Shown: positions 10,906 to 22,696, numbered from the stretch's first letter. The stretch is 64,000 nucleotides of DNA from Trypanosoma brucei (GCA_000002445.1 CP000069.1:544001-608000); one strand, 5' to 3'. Numbers and translations are program-made. The notes: a model not told the origin generated them from the letters alone.

Positions 10906-11504
10906 AAATTTCGTTTCACCACTTTAGGTGACGAAATTTCCCGTTTTTTTTTTCCACTCCTATGTTTGTCTGGCACTTCGCGTTCGCAAATACAAGAAAA
11001 AGAGGGGTGGTGGCGGTGGTGGTGGTGGTAGTGAAAGAAAACGGAAGACAAATGGCCACAAGCACGACGTGTACGAGCTAAAAAACACGTACAAATAATG
11101 ATAATAATAATGATCCAGTTGTACAAATGCAACTGGGTTCCCCGGTACTGCCACCAACATCGTCGTCGCGTCAGACCCCAGTTCTCTTACGTCGGTAACG
11201 TACAACAAAAAAAAAACAGTAGTTAAGCAGCAAAACACCACTTTCGTTCCTTTTTCTTCCACCGCTAGTGGGAGCGCCCCCTGCGGTGTAATTTCATATC
11301 TGTGATGGTGGGGAAACATTTTCCACGAAGGCAAGAATAATGTAAATTAAAACCCGCCCTGCAAGTAGCAGATTATACTCGTGGCAAATAATACAGCATT
11401 TGCACCGTGCTGGTTATCTGTGACTCTTTGAGACAAACGCACAGATCAGCTGAATCATGACGTAACTTAAATGCATTTGTCCCGAGTGTTCATACAGATG
11501 CACA

Positions 11505-11505
<1 letters not shown>

Positions 11506-11553
<48 letters not shown>
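11506..11553. repeat. compound (TA)16(TG)9 microsatellite
   Basis: atatatatatatatatatatatatatatatatgtgtgtgtgtgtgtgtgt. Confidence 0.9.
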
Positions 11554-12534
11554 ACGCGTTGCTATCACCATTACTTTTCAGACAGCAAAGAAGAAAAGAG
11601 ACCGCAACATATTACAGTTCTATCGGTGGACCACCAATCTGAAAAAAAAAGGTGCAGTGAACATATTTGTGCACTATCAGCAACAGCACCTCCTCATTGG
11701 AACCGTAAAGATATGGTTAACTATCACCTCAACGATACGCTGAAGACAGCAGATTTTTAGCCTAGAAGTATGAAAGGGTCATATATCCTACAGTTATTTC
11801 ACCCTTATGATTGTTGCACTCGCTAGCGGGAGGCTACACAAAAAGACAACAGAAGAAATGTAATACAGAAGCCACAGAAATGCGCATAAAGGGTAGCGTA
11901 ACCGATAGATATTGAAAAAACAGCAACTGAAAGCTAAGGAAGCGTGTCCGTGTCTGTGTGATGGGTGAAAATGCCTCACATAATATAACGGTTAAAGAGC
12001 GTCGCACTGCCAGTTGATGTGGTGCTTGTACATTTAAACCCGCGTCCTCTATTTATTCTGCATTACTTGCAGAGTATCATTATCCACCACCAACTCACAG
12101 TCCCGCGCATTATTGCGCAGCGGGGGGGGGAGAGGGGAGTAGCGCGGCGAGGGATCACACCAGCAGAACTTAGGCCTAACAGCGCAGAGTGTTATTAAAA
12201 GAACACACGAAACAAGACCATAAGCACTGGAAGGTTTTTAAAAAAAATATCGATAAGAACAGTTAATCTTAGGGGAAAAAATAACGAATAATTTGATGTA
12301 TGGTTCATATACGTTACACACATTAAGTCCATCCATATCTAACAAGGGTAACAGGAACAAAGGGGAGTTTAAGTGACTACTGCCGCTAGTAGAATATTGC
12401 GTTAGAAAAATAAACCAGCGGACGTGGGCGGAGACAAACACATCACAAGTAGGGGAAATTTACCTGTCCTCTATGAGCCATCAGCCGATGCCCATGTTTA
12501 AAAAAATAAAACATTTCCCCACGGGATCGTCTAG

Positions 12535-13425
12535 TTATTTCCCCTTCTTTCGGAGCACGGTGTTGAGGTGTGTGGCCAAACGGTAACCTGCGAGCGTTAT
12601 GCGCTTTTCAGCCATCTCCTTGCATGCACTAATATACTCCTCTGACAATTCAGTTCCATTAACAACATTAGCGTACGCCACTTTCTTTGCAAAATTAGAG
12701 CCCTCCTTCGATATTGCGGTGGCGCCAGTTTTCTTTTTCTCGCCTTCTGAAAATTTGTACGTTGCAATCAGTTTAGTGGCAAAATCTCTAACTTTAGAGT
12801 AATCCTCCGTATTAAGGGGCCGCTCCAATGACTCTGAAGGACCCCGGCAAATGGAATCCCACACGGCATGGAGCTTCATTGGGACCCCTCTGAAATCCAC
12901 ATGCACCAAATTGCCACCCTGATCTCCTTCCGGATAATCAGCGGAAACCTGCGAAGTCGTATGCAGAGGTTGATGAATATCACCATAGTAATGTACGAGA
13001 TGGGCAAGGGCAAAGGATCGCACATATATGGGAGTATCTGTCCGTCTTAGTGCCTTCGACAAACCGTTGATAACACTTACAACATCGGACTTTTGTTTAA
13101 GAGTTACGTTCGGTTTAAAGCCATCCCTAATGTACATATTGGCCGTATAGTGCCAACCGTCCATGGCACCCATGCGGTAACGCTTCAAATCATCTGGCCA
13201 ACAGGCACTTTGAACGAAATCGGGAATATTCGGGAACGGCCCGCTTTCGCTCAAGTGTTGTATATATGTCTCAACCACCCTGGCTACATCATTGTCAAGG
13301 TTACGTCGGGCTATTTCAGCAACAACCATATGGCCGAAATCCCACCACCCATCAACAGCCGCTGGAATGAAGGAAGTAATCAGAGCCAAGGTTATGCAAA
13401 GTGATGAAAGTGATGGATTCTTCAT
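12535..13425 (-). CDS. S1/P1-type (class I) nuclease / 3'-nucleotidase-nuclease family protein, copy 1
   Basis: Signal peptide MKNPSLSSLCITLALITSFIPAAVDG, then WWDFGHMVVAEIA, the mature N-terminal Trp/His zinc ligands of P1/S1 nucleases. Further HxxxxH and DxH metal-ligand motifs follow (YYGDIHQPLH, HAVWD). The ORF track extends 36 codons upstream to 13533, but the paralogue starts at the MKNPSL methionine. Confidence 0.8.
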   Translation of the reverse strand: MKNPSLSSLCITLALITSFIPAAVDGWWDFGHMVVAEIARRNLDNDVARVVETYIQHLSESGPFPNIPDFVQSACWPDDLKRYRMGAMDGWHYTANMYIRDGFKPNVTLKQKSDVVSVINGLSKALRRTDTPIYVRSFALAHLVHYYGDIHQPLHTTSQVSADYPEGDQGGNLVHVDFRGVPMKLHAVWDSICRGPSESLERPLNTEDYSKVRDFATKLIATYKFSEGEKKKTGATAISKEGSNFAKKVAYANVVNGTELSEEYISACKEMAEKRITLAGYRLATHLNTVLRKKGK

Positions 13426-13444
13426 GGTGTTGAGATGTCTTCCC
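12554..13444. repeat. segmental duplication copy A (nuclease gene unit)
   Basis: Matches 14255..15146 at an offset of about 1701-1702 nt. The 590 nt at the 5' end of the CDS differ at only 2 positions. The ~140 nt at the 3' end of the CDS are also near-identical. The block 12700-12835 in between is divergent. Confidence 0.85.
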
Positions 13445-14176
13445 TTTTCGAGGTATTTCCCACTTTTCCTCTTTGTCAAGCGCTTACGGAAAACTGTATA
13501 AATTGTATCTGTAGTTTTTATTCGTGTGAACACCTACTACGGTCGGTTTGTATTCACCCTGATTGGTTTTCTACGAACAGTATCACATTGGTGAGACACA
13601 AGACAAAGAACCAAGGGTTAGGGGGCGTAAGTATTTGCGTTGACGATGAACGAATAGATAAAGGTAAAACAACCACAAAAAGGCAAGCCCCATTACAACT
13701 ACAACAGGTTATATTAGCATAACTTTTATAGTGGGGGGTGATTGGAGCAAACGAATATTTATATGGAAGTTGGCTTCAATAGACAAGCGCAAAAATTGAG
13801 CCACACTCCTAACGTGACGATGGCATTTGTACATGAAATCTACGGGATCCAGCAATCTCCACAATTCGGAGAGCGTCACCAAAAGGCCCACCACGGCACT
13901 GCACATCACAGCAGAGAGGAGAAGGCAACATAGGCAGGAAACCTGAACAACGAAGCCAAGAGGACAGCAACAGGAAACCCCGAGAACGGTCACAAATACC
14001 GTATCTGGTGTGCCCCGCAGCAGATAACGTGAGATGTACCAACGGTTTCGATTCCACCATATCCTTCACAAACCAGAGAACAACAAAGCGCAAGACAGAA
14101 AAAAGCATTAAACAAACATAGCAAGTGCTTACGCAACTTTTTCTTTACAAAATATAACGCACAAATTACGACTGCC

Positions 14177-15127
14177 TCACTGGTCTTCAGCAAACAGATG
14201 CTCATCACCTCCTACATAGTCCGGATTCGCTTCTCGTTTTTCCCCTCGCACTCTCAGCACGGTATTGAGATGTGTGGCCAAACGGTAACCTGCGAGCGTT
14301 ATGCGCTTTTCAGCCATCTCCTTGCATGCACTAATATACTCCTCTGACAATTCAGTTCCATTTACAACATTAGCGTACGCCACTTTCTTTGCTAACTCGA
14401 AACCCTCCCTTGACATGACAACTGGGTTGGTTTGTTCCTTCTCCTTTTGTGAAAATTTGTACGTTGCAATCAGTTTAGTGGCAAAACTCTTCAATCTTAT
14501 GTAATCTATTATGTTGAGGGGCCGCTCCAATGACTCTGAAGGACCCCGGCAAATGGAATCCCACACGGCATGGAGCTTCATTGGGACCCCTCTGAAATCC
14601 ACATGCACCAAATTGCCACCCTGATCTCCTTCCGGATAATCAGCGGAAACCTGCGAAGTCGTATGCAGAGGTTGATGAATATCACCATAGTAATGTACGA
14701 GATGGGCAAGGGCAAAGGATCGCACATATATGGGAGTATCTGTCCGTCTTAGTGCCTTCGACAAACCGTTGATAACACTTACAACATCGGACTTTTGTTT
14801 AAGAGTTACGTTCGGTTTAAAGCCATCCCTAATGTACATATTGGCCGTATAGTGCCAACCGTCCATGGCACCCATGCGGTAACGCTTCAAATCATCTGGC
14901 CAACAGGCACTTTGAACGAAATCGGGAATATTCGGGAACGGCCCGCTTTCGCTCAAGTGTTGTATATATGTCTCAACCACCCTGGCTACATCATTGTCAA
15001 GGTTACGTCGGGCTATTTCAGCGACAACCATATGGCCGAAATCCCACCATCCATCAACAGCCGCTGGAATGAAGGAAGTAATCAGAGCCAAGGTTATGCA
15101 AAGTGATGAAAGTGATGGATTCTTCAT
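14177..15127 (-). CDS. S1/P1-type (class I) nuclease family protein, copy 2 (tandem paralogue with an alternative C-terminus)
   Basis: A 316 aa ORF. Its nucleotide sequence is nearly identical to copy 1 over the first ~590 nt, but it has a divergent block and a 20 aa longer C-terminal tail (…RVRGEKREANPDYVGGDEHLFAEDQ). Confidence 0.8.
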   Translation of the reverse strand: MKNPSLSSLCITLALITSFIPAAVDGWWDFGHMVVAEIARRNLDNDVARVVETYIQHLSESGPFPNIPDFVQSACWPDDLKRYRMGAMDGWHYTANMYIRDGFKPNVTLKQKSDVVSVINGLSKALRRTDTPIYVRSFALAHLVHYYGDIHQPLHTTSQVSADYPEGDQGGNLVHVDFRGVPMKLHAVWDSICRGPSESLERPLNIIDYIRLKSFATKLIATYKFSQKEKEQTNPVVMSREGFELAKKVAYANVVNGTELSEEYISACKEMAEKRITLAGYRLATHLNTVLRVRGEKREANPDYVGGDEHLFAEDQ

Positions 15128-15146
15128 GGTGTTGAGATGTCTTCTG
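14255..15146. repeat. segmental duplication copy B (nuclease gene unit)
   Basis: See copy A. Similarity ends about 20 nt upstream of the ATG (catggtgttgagatgtcttc is shared) and at the divergent C-terminal codons. Confidence 0.85.
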
Positions 15147-16624
15147 CTGTGATATCTCTTCTCTTATTATTTGGTCTGAAATACGTTTTTTTGTGTTGCA
15201 ATAATATGTGTTTATGGATGTGTTTGCACGCTTTCGGCGGCGCAGCAGTATTTCCTCAGAACCCCGTTGACCCACAAGAGGAAGGGAATAAAGCAAGGAA
15301 TAGAGAGAAAAGGGTTTGCGGCGTACATCGCACAGTGTAACAGATTAAGGCCCAGCATCATCTCTAACAAAACAAACTCCAAACAAACCCTGGGCAAAGA
15401 CGGAGTGTGAACCATCATTCCGCCATGTACTCTCGGTGCTATCCCTGAGTACATGCAGCGGTACTCCCTCCATTAAAACATCAAGTGGAGTTTCAGAAAG
15501 TGTCGTACTCTTACGCACTGCATTCGTATTTCATTTTTTTTTTACCTGTTGGACAGCAAATCCTCAGAAGAGTTGTGAATCATCTACATTAGCACCGACT
15601 GCAACGCGTTATTTGAGGACAGGTTATAGTCGTTTCAACTTGTAAGCACAAGGAAAAGAACAGAAGAACAAAAGAAGAAACAACACAACGATGTTAGGAA
15701 TACGAAAGGTTGTCCCCTGTCGGATATATCGCAATTCCAACCAACCCTCCCTCACAACTTCTCATGATTTGGTTACACTATGCATGGCTCCTTTCATCAC
15801 CTTTTTTTCGTTTTTATCGATTTTTTTTTTAAACGCAAAAGGGACAGTAAAAAGCAACAGAAGAAAAAAGTCACTTGCGATTACATGGTATTCACTTGTT
15901 TCTTTCCATTGGACATGACGCACGTCACACGCGTTCAAGGCAGTTACTCTGTCATACACGTCTTAGTGGAGGTACGCTTGAGCTTTTTGTGTTGTCTTCG
16001 ACTAATAAAATAGTGTGTCACCCATCCCCTGCTTTATTCCCTTACACTTCCCGCACCATAAAACAAAGAGTAGAAGAAAGGCAAGAACACGAGGGTAAAA
16101 GAAAAGAGAATGGATGTGGTAGACAAGACAGGGTTTGAATTGTTACGCACACACATGTGAACGCAGAAAACACACACACATATATATATGTATATATTGA
16201 CGTTGCTTTCCCTCAATCGGTAACACTTTTGCACGTTAGCGCGGCCGCTCACAATAACCCAACATTATGAAGAGGGCACGACTAAAAGGAAAAGAGGGGA
16301 ATGGGGACGCAACAACAATTCATATAACCCCTCGCCTCCTCATGCACTTTTCGTCGCTTGCGCCGTTGATGCAACCGGAGTTTCTCCACCAAGGCGAGGA
16401 AAGTGAAGGAAGGAAGGAAAAAAAAAAAAAGAGACGAAGGAATATGTGTGCGTGGGATAATATAACAAGAATGTATGCCTTTTCCTCCTGGCGTTGGGCG
16501 GTCGTGAATTTCTACATGTACGCCAATCCCGTCAGGAGGTGTGCGACATGGCAAAAGGAAAGTAAGAAACGAATCAACTTTTTGAACATGTGTACGGGTC
16601 GGCTACGGAGGTTCGCACAGCCTC

Positions 16625-18337
16625 TCACCAAATCCATTTCTCTTCAGAGAGGCACCTCTGCACGATCTCCTCACCCCGTTCGGAGAAAATATCATCAAAA
16701 AAATTTCTCACATCGCGCTCTGCGTTGCTAAGCGGTCTGTCAAGTCTCTTACCAGGGCGAAGTAGCCCCAGTTTAACACGAAACGTGTTCGTTGGGGGAT
16801 CACCACCTGCCTGCCCAGTTTCTGCACCACCTTCACCTGAAACAGGAGCGGCAGAAGCTTTGGCGGTGGGCTCCAGTCCGAGAATATCAAGAAGGTTCCT
16901 GAACTCTTCCGGTTTCAGAACAACCATAAGTGGATCCGATAGTTCCACCAGTTGTGTTGGCATCTCATGTGGTCTCTCAGAGAGTGTGGAGGAATACACC
17001 TGATACCACGCGTCAAGGGCCATTGCAGTTAATTCATTCTTGACACGATCCTCCGGTTTATCTTCCAGTGAGGCGCCCGCATGTTTCTGTGCCATGGCAT
17101 CAAGCTCCTGCTGAGCGAGTGTCGGGGACGGGAGGCCGGAGTTTATTTCCAGGTTCCTCAAAGCATCCTCCAGTAGTGTGTCTGCGAAGTAGGTCATTGC
17201 GGGCCTGAGGGGATGTCTCAACGGAACCTTAAGGTTGTTTCCTGTCTTGGGTAATTTCTTTGGTGAAAGCCCAAGGCGCTTGGCCTCGCGCACGTGCGAG
17301 GCGTTACATTGATGGCCAAGATCATTGTCACGCGAAAGCTCGTACAGCTCTGTATCCATAATGAGCAGATGCCTCTGCCGATCCTGCCGTTTCTTTATCC
17401 GATCTTTTGTAGAGGAACCATTGTTCAGCATCTCCACGCGCATGGTGAGTGTGACTGGAATGCGGACGGTACGTGGATTTAAGCTATCACCAGACACACG
17501 CAGGGAGCTGCACCAGAGTAACCACGGTCGGTTATCATCATCTATACGGAAATGCAATACCATTCGGGTGATCAACTTGCGGTCAGTAAAATACACATGG
17601 TCAACCACCTCCCGACAAAGGAGGTCTAAACGACCCTTTGTTTCGTCGGCAACAAGGGATAGTTCACTCAGGTGATTATCGCCGTCAAAAGTTGCAGCGC
17701 GCATATGAACGGGCACGCGATGATCGTCTAGTCTGTACTTGTTTGTTCGTTTGTACACTACCGCCATGAGTGGTGACCAAGATACCTGTAGCTGCGCGTT
17801 GCGCCGCATCGTCGTCTCGCCCTTTGGAGGCACAAACTTCTGCAGGATGCCGTCGGGCTTTCGTGATTTATTAAAGAGAAATTCACGGAGCGTCTCGGCA
17901 GTGAAGATTTCCGAGTAAGAGATCAGTTCTCCATTTGGTGTGAGGGATTCTGGGTCGTCCACAGGGCAAGTGGTGAGGAATTGTGCCACAATCTCATACC
18001 CTGCTGTGGGCCGGCTGAAATGTTGGTAGATGGATTGGGCGTCCAGCATCTTTCCCGGATGTTTGTTAATCTCACGCGCTTCGGCGTCGTATGTGTACCA
18101 TGCTCGCGGGAAATTGTGTTCGTACACCACCGTGTCGGGTAAGCGCACATTCTTCAGGCGGCTCTCACTGCCTTTATTCTTCTTCCACAAATGAAGGTAA
18201 AGTTGTGGCCTCAGCCCGTCGCCCTCGAGTGGATGGTGCTTCGCCCAGTCTTTGCTGTACAACACCTTCACACCAGAAGGCGAGACGTACCCACGGCGAT
18301 ACGTTGGCACATCGGCAAACATGCGATTGCTCGACAT
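16625..18337 (-). CDS. conserved hypothetical protein (570 aa)
   Basis: A long, non-repetitive ORF with complex composition, on the same strand as its neighbours. No family was recognised by eye. The C-terminal third is acidic and Gly/Ala-rich. Confidence 0.55.
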   Translation of the reverse strand: MSSNRMFADVPTYRRGYVSPSGVKVLYSKDWAKHHPLEGDGLRPQLYLHLWKKNKGSESRLKNVRLPDTVVYEHNFPRAWYTYDAEAREINKHPGKMLDAQSIYQHFSRPTAGYEIVAQFLTTCPVDDPESLTPNGELISYSEIFTAETLREFLFNKSRKPDGILQKFVPPKGETTMRRNAQLQVSWSPLMAVVYKRTNKYRLDDHRVPVHMRAATFDGDNHLSELSLVADETKGRLDLLCREVVDHVYFTDRKLITRMVLHFRIDDDNRPWLLWCSSLRVSGDSLNPRTVRIPVTLTMRVEMLNNGSSTKDRIKKRQDRQRHLLIMDTELYELSRDNDLGHQCNASHVREAKRLGLSPKKLPKTGNNLKVPLRHPLRPAMTYFADTLLEDALRNLEINSGLPSPTLAQQELDAMAQKHAGASLEDKPEDRVKNELTAMALDAWYQVYSSTLSERPHEMPTQLVELSDPLMVVLKPEEFRNLLDILGLEPTAKASAAPVSGEGGAETGQAGGDPPTNTFRVKLGLLRPGKRLDRPLSNAERDVRNFFDDIFSERGEEIVQRCLSEEKWIW

Positions 18338-19440
18338 CCCGCTTTCGTTAGCCTACTAACTTTCCCTTGTCTTTCACTTTTCTACTTACAAACACAATTG
18401 CTGTTTGTTTGTTTGTCCTAACACTTGTCTTTTCTTCTTTTTCGTTTGTCTTCTACTAGTCACTTTTGCGTCTTTTCTCTCTTTTCTTTGGTTTTGTTCG
18501 CCTACTTCTTGGTTCCTGGTGCGCGTTTGTATAGCGTTGCACCCACCCGAGAGGCTCTAAAGTAATTATGCAAATAATCTACTTGTTGGTATAAGTAATG
18601 TAATAAGTATTAGTGCACTCTTTACCTTTATTTCTCCGCGCTTTCCCTCTCTAATGTGAACTTTTAACCCTGCTCTCTTTATCTATCTTTTCCCCTCACG
18701 CACTCGCTCCCCGACGGACGAGTTGTGTTTGTTGTTAAATTTCTTTATTTGCTGGGGAAGCTAACCAAAAAAAAAAAATGCCACAAGAGTGTAAATTTAC
18801 GAACGAAAACAACCGGCCGAACGACCAGTTTGGCCGGAGGAGATAAAGAGAAAAGGACAAAAAAGGGAAGAGAATACAAAAAAAACAGTAGTAGTGTTCA
18901 GTGAAGGGAAGTTCTCCTTTCAGCCGTTCCTGTAGCCTACTGGAAACGGGGATAGTCTACGAAAAGACACACATGCACAAACAGTGGAAGTGGGAGCAGA
19001 GATGTTGCAAAGAGCGGCTGAAACAACAGAACACTTCAAAGCACTCACACGTGCGTACAATATATATATATATATATTGTACGCACAGATTTGTATACAT
19101 TCTCTCACCACCTTCCTTTCTCAGCACCCGCAACTCCATGAACTCCACGTGCCGCACTCACTTGCACGTGCCCCCCCCCCACTAATCTTCACGTGCATAC
19201 GCGCACACAAACACAAAGGACGCGCAATGTCACCATACAACGCTCAAGGCTAAGGGATACAAACATTTTTTTTTTGAAAAAAGGAAGGCCAAGAAGAGTC
19301 CACACAACGACAAACCCCCCTCGACACATTGACCCAACACAAGAATCAGCTTTCAACAAAATACCCCCTCTTTTTTTTTCTTGCTCTCGGCTATTTATTC
19401 ACCTTGTCTTATTTTGTTCCCGACGCTGCTACAATTTCCT

Positions 19441-22400
19441 TTAGCAACCTCGCGCCACCGGCACAGTAACAGAAGCAGCAGTGTTCCCACTCCCCCCATC
19501 CCGTGATACGTCAAGGAACGGTGGTGGCGTTGGGGTGTGGACGGGTTCAAGAAGTGGTGAACTAAAAGAGTCCCGCCCTTCAGGAACGTACCAGCTGGTT
19601 TCCACACCGGTTGCCAGTAACTTATCCAACACCGTGTCAAACTTTCCCTCTTCCTTCAATTGCTGATATTTGCGATAGAGGCGAAGAGACGTTCGGGCAT
19701 CCTCTACAGAGTCGTGTTCACCTTCTTGCACACGCTCACCCAGTACATGATAGGCCAGGAAACGCAACGACAAATATCTGCCCCCAGGTCTGTGAAAGAG
19801 CGTGAGCGTATCAATCATCTGATTCGGAGGAACCGCAATATTACAAACACGGAAGTCCTGATGTAGACCATGACCAACAAATGTCACTGAACGGTCCACC
19901 AAAGCCCGCAGTTTAAGATAAGTTGCCTTGAGGCTTGTAAGACACTTGGATGACTCCAGTGGGTCAAGATCGCCTGGGTGGATGCCACTGTACTGAGTTC
20001 ACGTAGTCCAAAATTGCTTCCGGAGTGTGAACGTAGTCATCCACAATCGTTCGTTCGTCGCCTGGAGCACTGCTCAGTACGCAGCTCAGTCGTGCGAGTG
20101 CCATGTGTCGCTGTTGTGCCAAGTTACCGGGTGAATCCGTAACACATTGACGCTTGTTCCAATCAAGTACCACATACTCCGCATCAAGAGCAACAAGGTC
20201 CTCTGGCTTGATGTCGAGATGGGATCTCAGTGGCGACTTGAAACGCTGTATCGAAGGATTACGTTGCAGGGGCCTTGCCAGAACATCATTTATTAGTAGT
20301 GGACCCAACGTCTCAAACATATTTGGTGGTCGCTCACCATCCTCTGCGCTGTACAGTGGTGTGGACAATTTGTCAAGGGCATAAAACGAAACAACCGCAC
20401 GGTGCGAACGTAGGGCAGGCATGGATACCTCCAACTTTTGTTCATCATCTGACTTTGTTACGAGATAGTCGTTGACAAGGCTGAAACGATCATCCTCAAC
20501 GCGCTGGTGGCTAACGAAGTTCCCCGGGTCATCTGCGTCATTGGAAAGGTGGATGATATTGCTGCAAAGTAAATAATTGGAGTCATCTTTTGCATCACGC
20601 GAGATGCGGAGACACCTGGGTGGTTTTAGTGTTCCTCCCTCAGGGTTCAGTCGCAGTACGATGATGGGTGGAAGGCGCTTTATTTGTACGTTACTGTTGT
20701 GCCCCTCCAGTTGCTTCAATAAGTGCTGCAGTCCCTCATTGACCTTGATAGCAGACGCCGGAACATCCCAATAGAACCGAGGTTCCACATGAACTTTACC
20801 ACCAGATGAAAACTCCGTACCAAAAAGACTAGCTATCGACTTGTCAAAATCTCCACAAGGTTGCTTATGGTTCATAAATGGATACTCCTTCTCGTCCTGC
20901 AGACCACGATGTAATGCTTCGAGCAACACCAGTTGCGCCATGTGCATCCGCTTCACCGCTTCATCACGGGATTTTATTGGCTCGAAAAGTGGGGCAGCGG
21001 AAGGACACCTGTACATAGTACGGATGAGATTCCCCACTTGTACAATGGGATTAAGACCAGCTACTGAAGTCATCATCATGTTAGAAAACACGAATGCAAT
21101 TTCACAGGCGATGCAATACTCCTTCGCACAAATATGATGCACGACCACCCTACGGACAGGGAATTCCTTCGGGTGACACAGGTACAGAGACTGAAGCAAT
21201 GTTGTAATCCAGCACTCAGGAAAACTATTATCGAGCCCAACAACAACCTTCGGAATCCTATTGTACTTTTCCCACTCGAATCGCTGATGTGACCCATAAC
21301 ACACGAGGTTAGCGGCATCTTGCGGCACGTAGTTGTCGGCAACCCCTCCGCGAAAGGTGCTCTGCCGCCGCTTCTTCTCCTTGTTCAGTTCCAATAGCAA
21401 GTGCTGCACCGCTGCAGGATCGTTCCCCAACATTAAATTATACGGATATGGATTCGGAAGGAGTGGTGCGAGTTTGTCTCTTGGGTCAGGGAGATATGAA
21501 TCAGAGCGCCGGAGGCCCCATCGATTGGGCTCATAAGTCCACGACTCCCCGTTGACACAACACGTCGAAGGAGCCACTTGTAAGATCATGTAGTTTTCCG
21601 GTGGCCAGTTGGAGGCGAGTTCCTCAACAGGTACAGACTCGTCGAAGAACGCAAACGTGTCACCTTCCTTATCTTCCCAGCGCGCTGTAAAGACGGGGTT
21701 AACAGGGCGCTTCGGTTGTACGAATCGAGACATGACGTAGTCCTCACGTGTTGCTGGATGGCCAAGAGCCATGAAGTGACCCTTATCGTTCCCTATTGCA
21801 GCGCACATTGCGTTGGGCGATACGCTCACCGAGGTGCAGGCGTCGTCAAACAATCCACTTGAGCTGTAGACGGGTGTTGTTTGATCCATCTGGACAATGT
21901 GAAACCCGCGTGAAGTCAACACGAAAGCACGGTCGGGCAACACACCAAAAGGGTCACGATAACGACGAACTTGCGAAATACTGTCTGACGGTATACCATT
22001 AATGGTGTTGAGCGGTTCAGCCATCTTCCGTACATCATACACACGAACGCTACTCGTCATATTCCGCTCCACCACGGCAGCAATGACCGTTTCGTCGTCT
22101 GCGTCCATGGCGAGCACACGGTTGCGAGACGACGGTATGGAAGCAACCACCTGAAGTTCGTTTGCATCTCGTACCACGATGCCGCCTGACGTGGCGCCTG
22201 TAATAACCCACTTGCTTGTCTGTCTCAACGACACCACCTTGCCTTCCATGAGGGGAACGGTTACGTGATTACACGCGGTTCCGTCGCTGATGGACATTCG
22301 CGTTAGTCCAACATCACCAACGATACTCACCACACCTGTATCGCCGTTTGCCTGAAAAAGTTCAATATGGTCCTGTGACTGTGGTGGAAGAGGGCAATAC

Positions 22401-22696
22401 ATGCACTGCGCACCGCCTCGTTTGTAACCCCGAATAACATCATGGTCTGCCACCATTCCTACCGTCTCATTGCCCATCCTTAGGAAAAAGATCCCAAAGA
22501 TAGGCCTTGTGGATGCGGCAAATGAGGAATACACCGCCCACGAAAGAGTATCCGTTTGACTCTGCGTGGTGAAACTCATCAAGCGACCAAAACTGTCCCC
22601 GACCCATAAAAGTTCCACATCGGGGTCGAACTCAATCGCATTGACAATACCAACAAATGCTTGAACGCTACCTCGAACCTTCCACGGAACGCTCAT
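19441..22696 (-). CDS. PAN2: PAN2, catalytic subunit of the PAN2-PAN3 poly(A) nuclease, with its reading frame interrupted by a 1-nt frameshift
   Basis: The ORF at 19964..22696 (910 aa) has WD40-like N-terminal repeats and a ubiquitin-hydrolase-like middle domain. It then shows the start of a DEDDh exonuclease (…LVALDAEYVV…) and stops after …DYVNSVQWHPPRRS. The +1 frame from about 19998 continues TQYSGIHPGDLD…FVGHGLHQDFRVCN…HDSVEDARTSLRLYRKY through ORF 19441..19902. That is the remainder of the exonuclease domain, with the ExoIII motif H-x4-DA. A single extra A (coding strand) at about 19998-19999 breaks the frame. Confidence 0.7.

Noticed and set aside
12098-12111. Perfect 5 bp stem / 4 nt loop hairpin gcgcattattgcgc
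   Set aside because: It is too short to be significant by itself. It is kept only as part of the low-interest ncRNA-candidate note.
16267-16731. Plus-strand ORF (154 aa) overlapping the 3' end of gene 16625..18337
   Set aside because: It is antisense to a well-supported minus-strand CDS and spacer. It is K/R-rich low-complexity, so it is most likely spurious.
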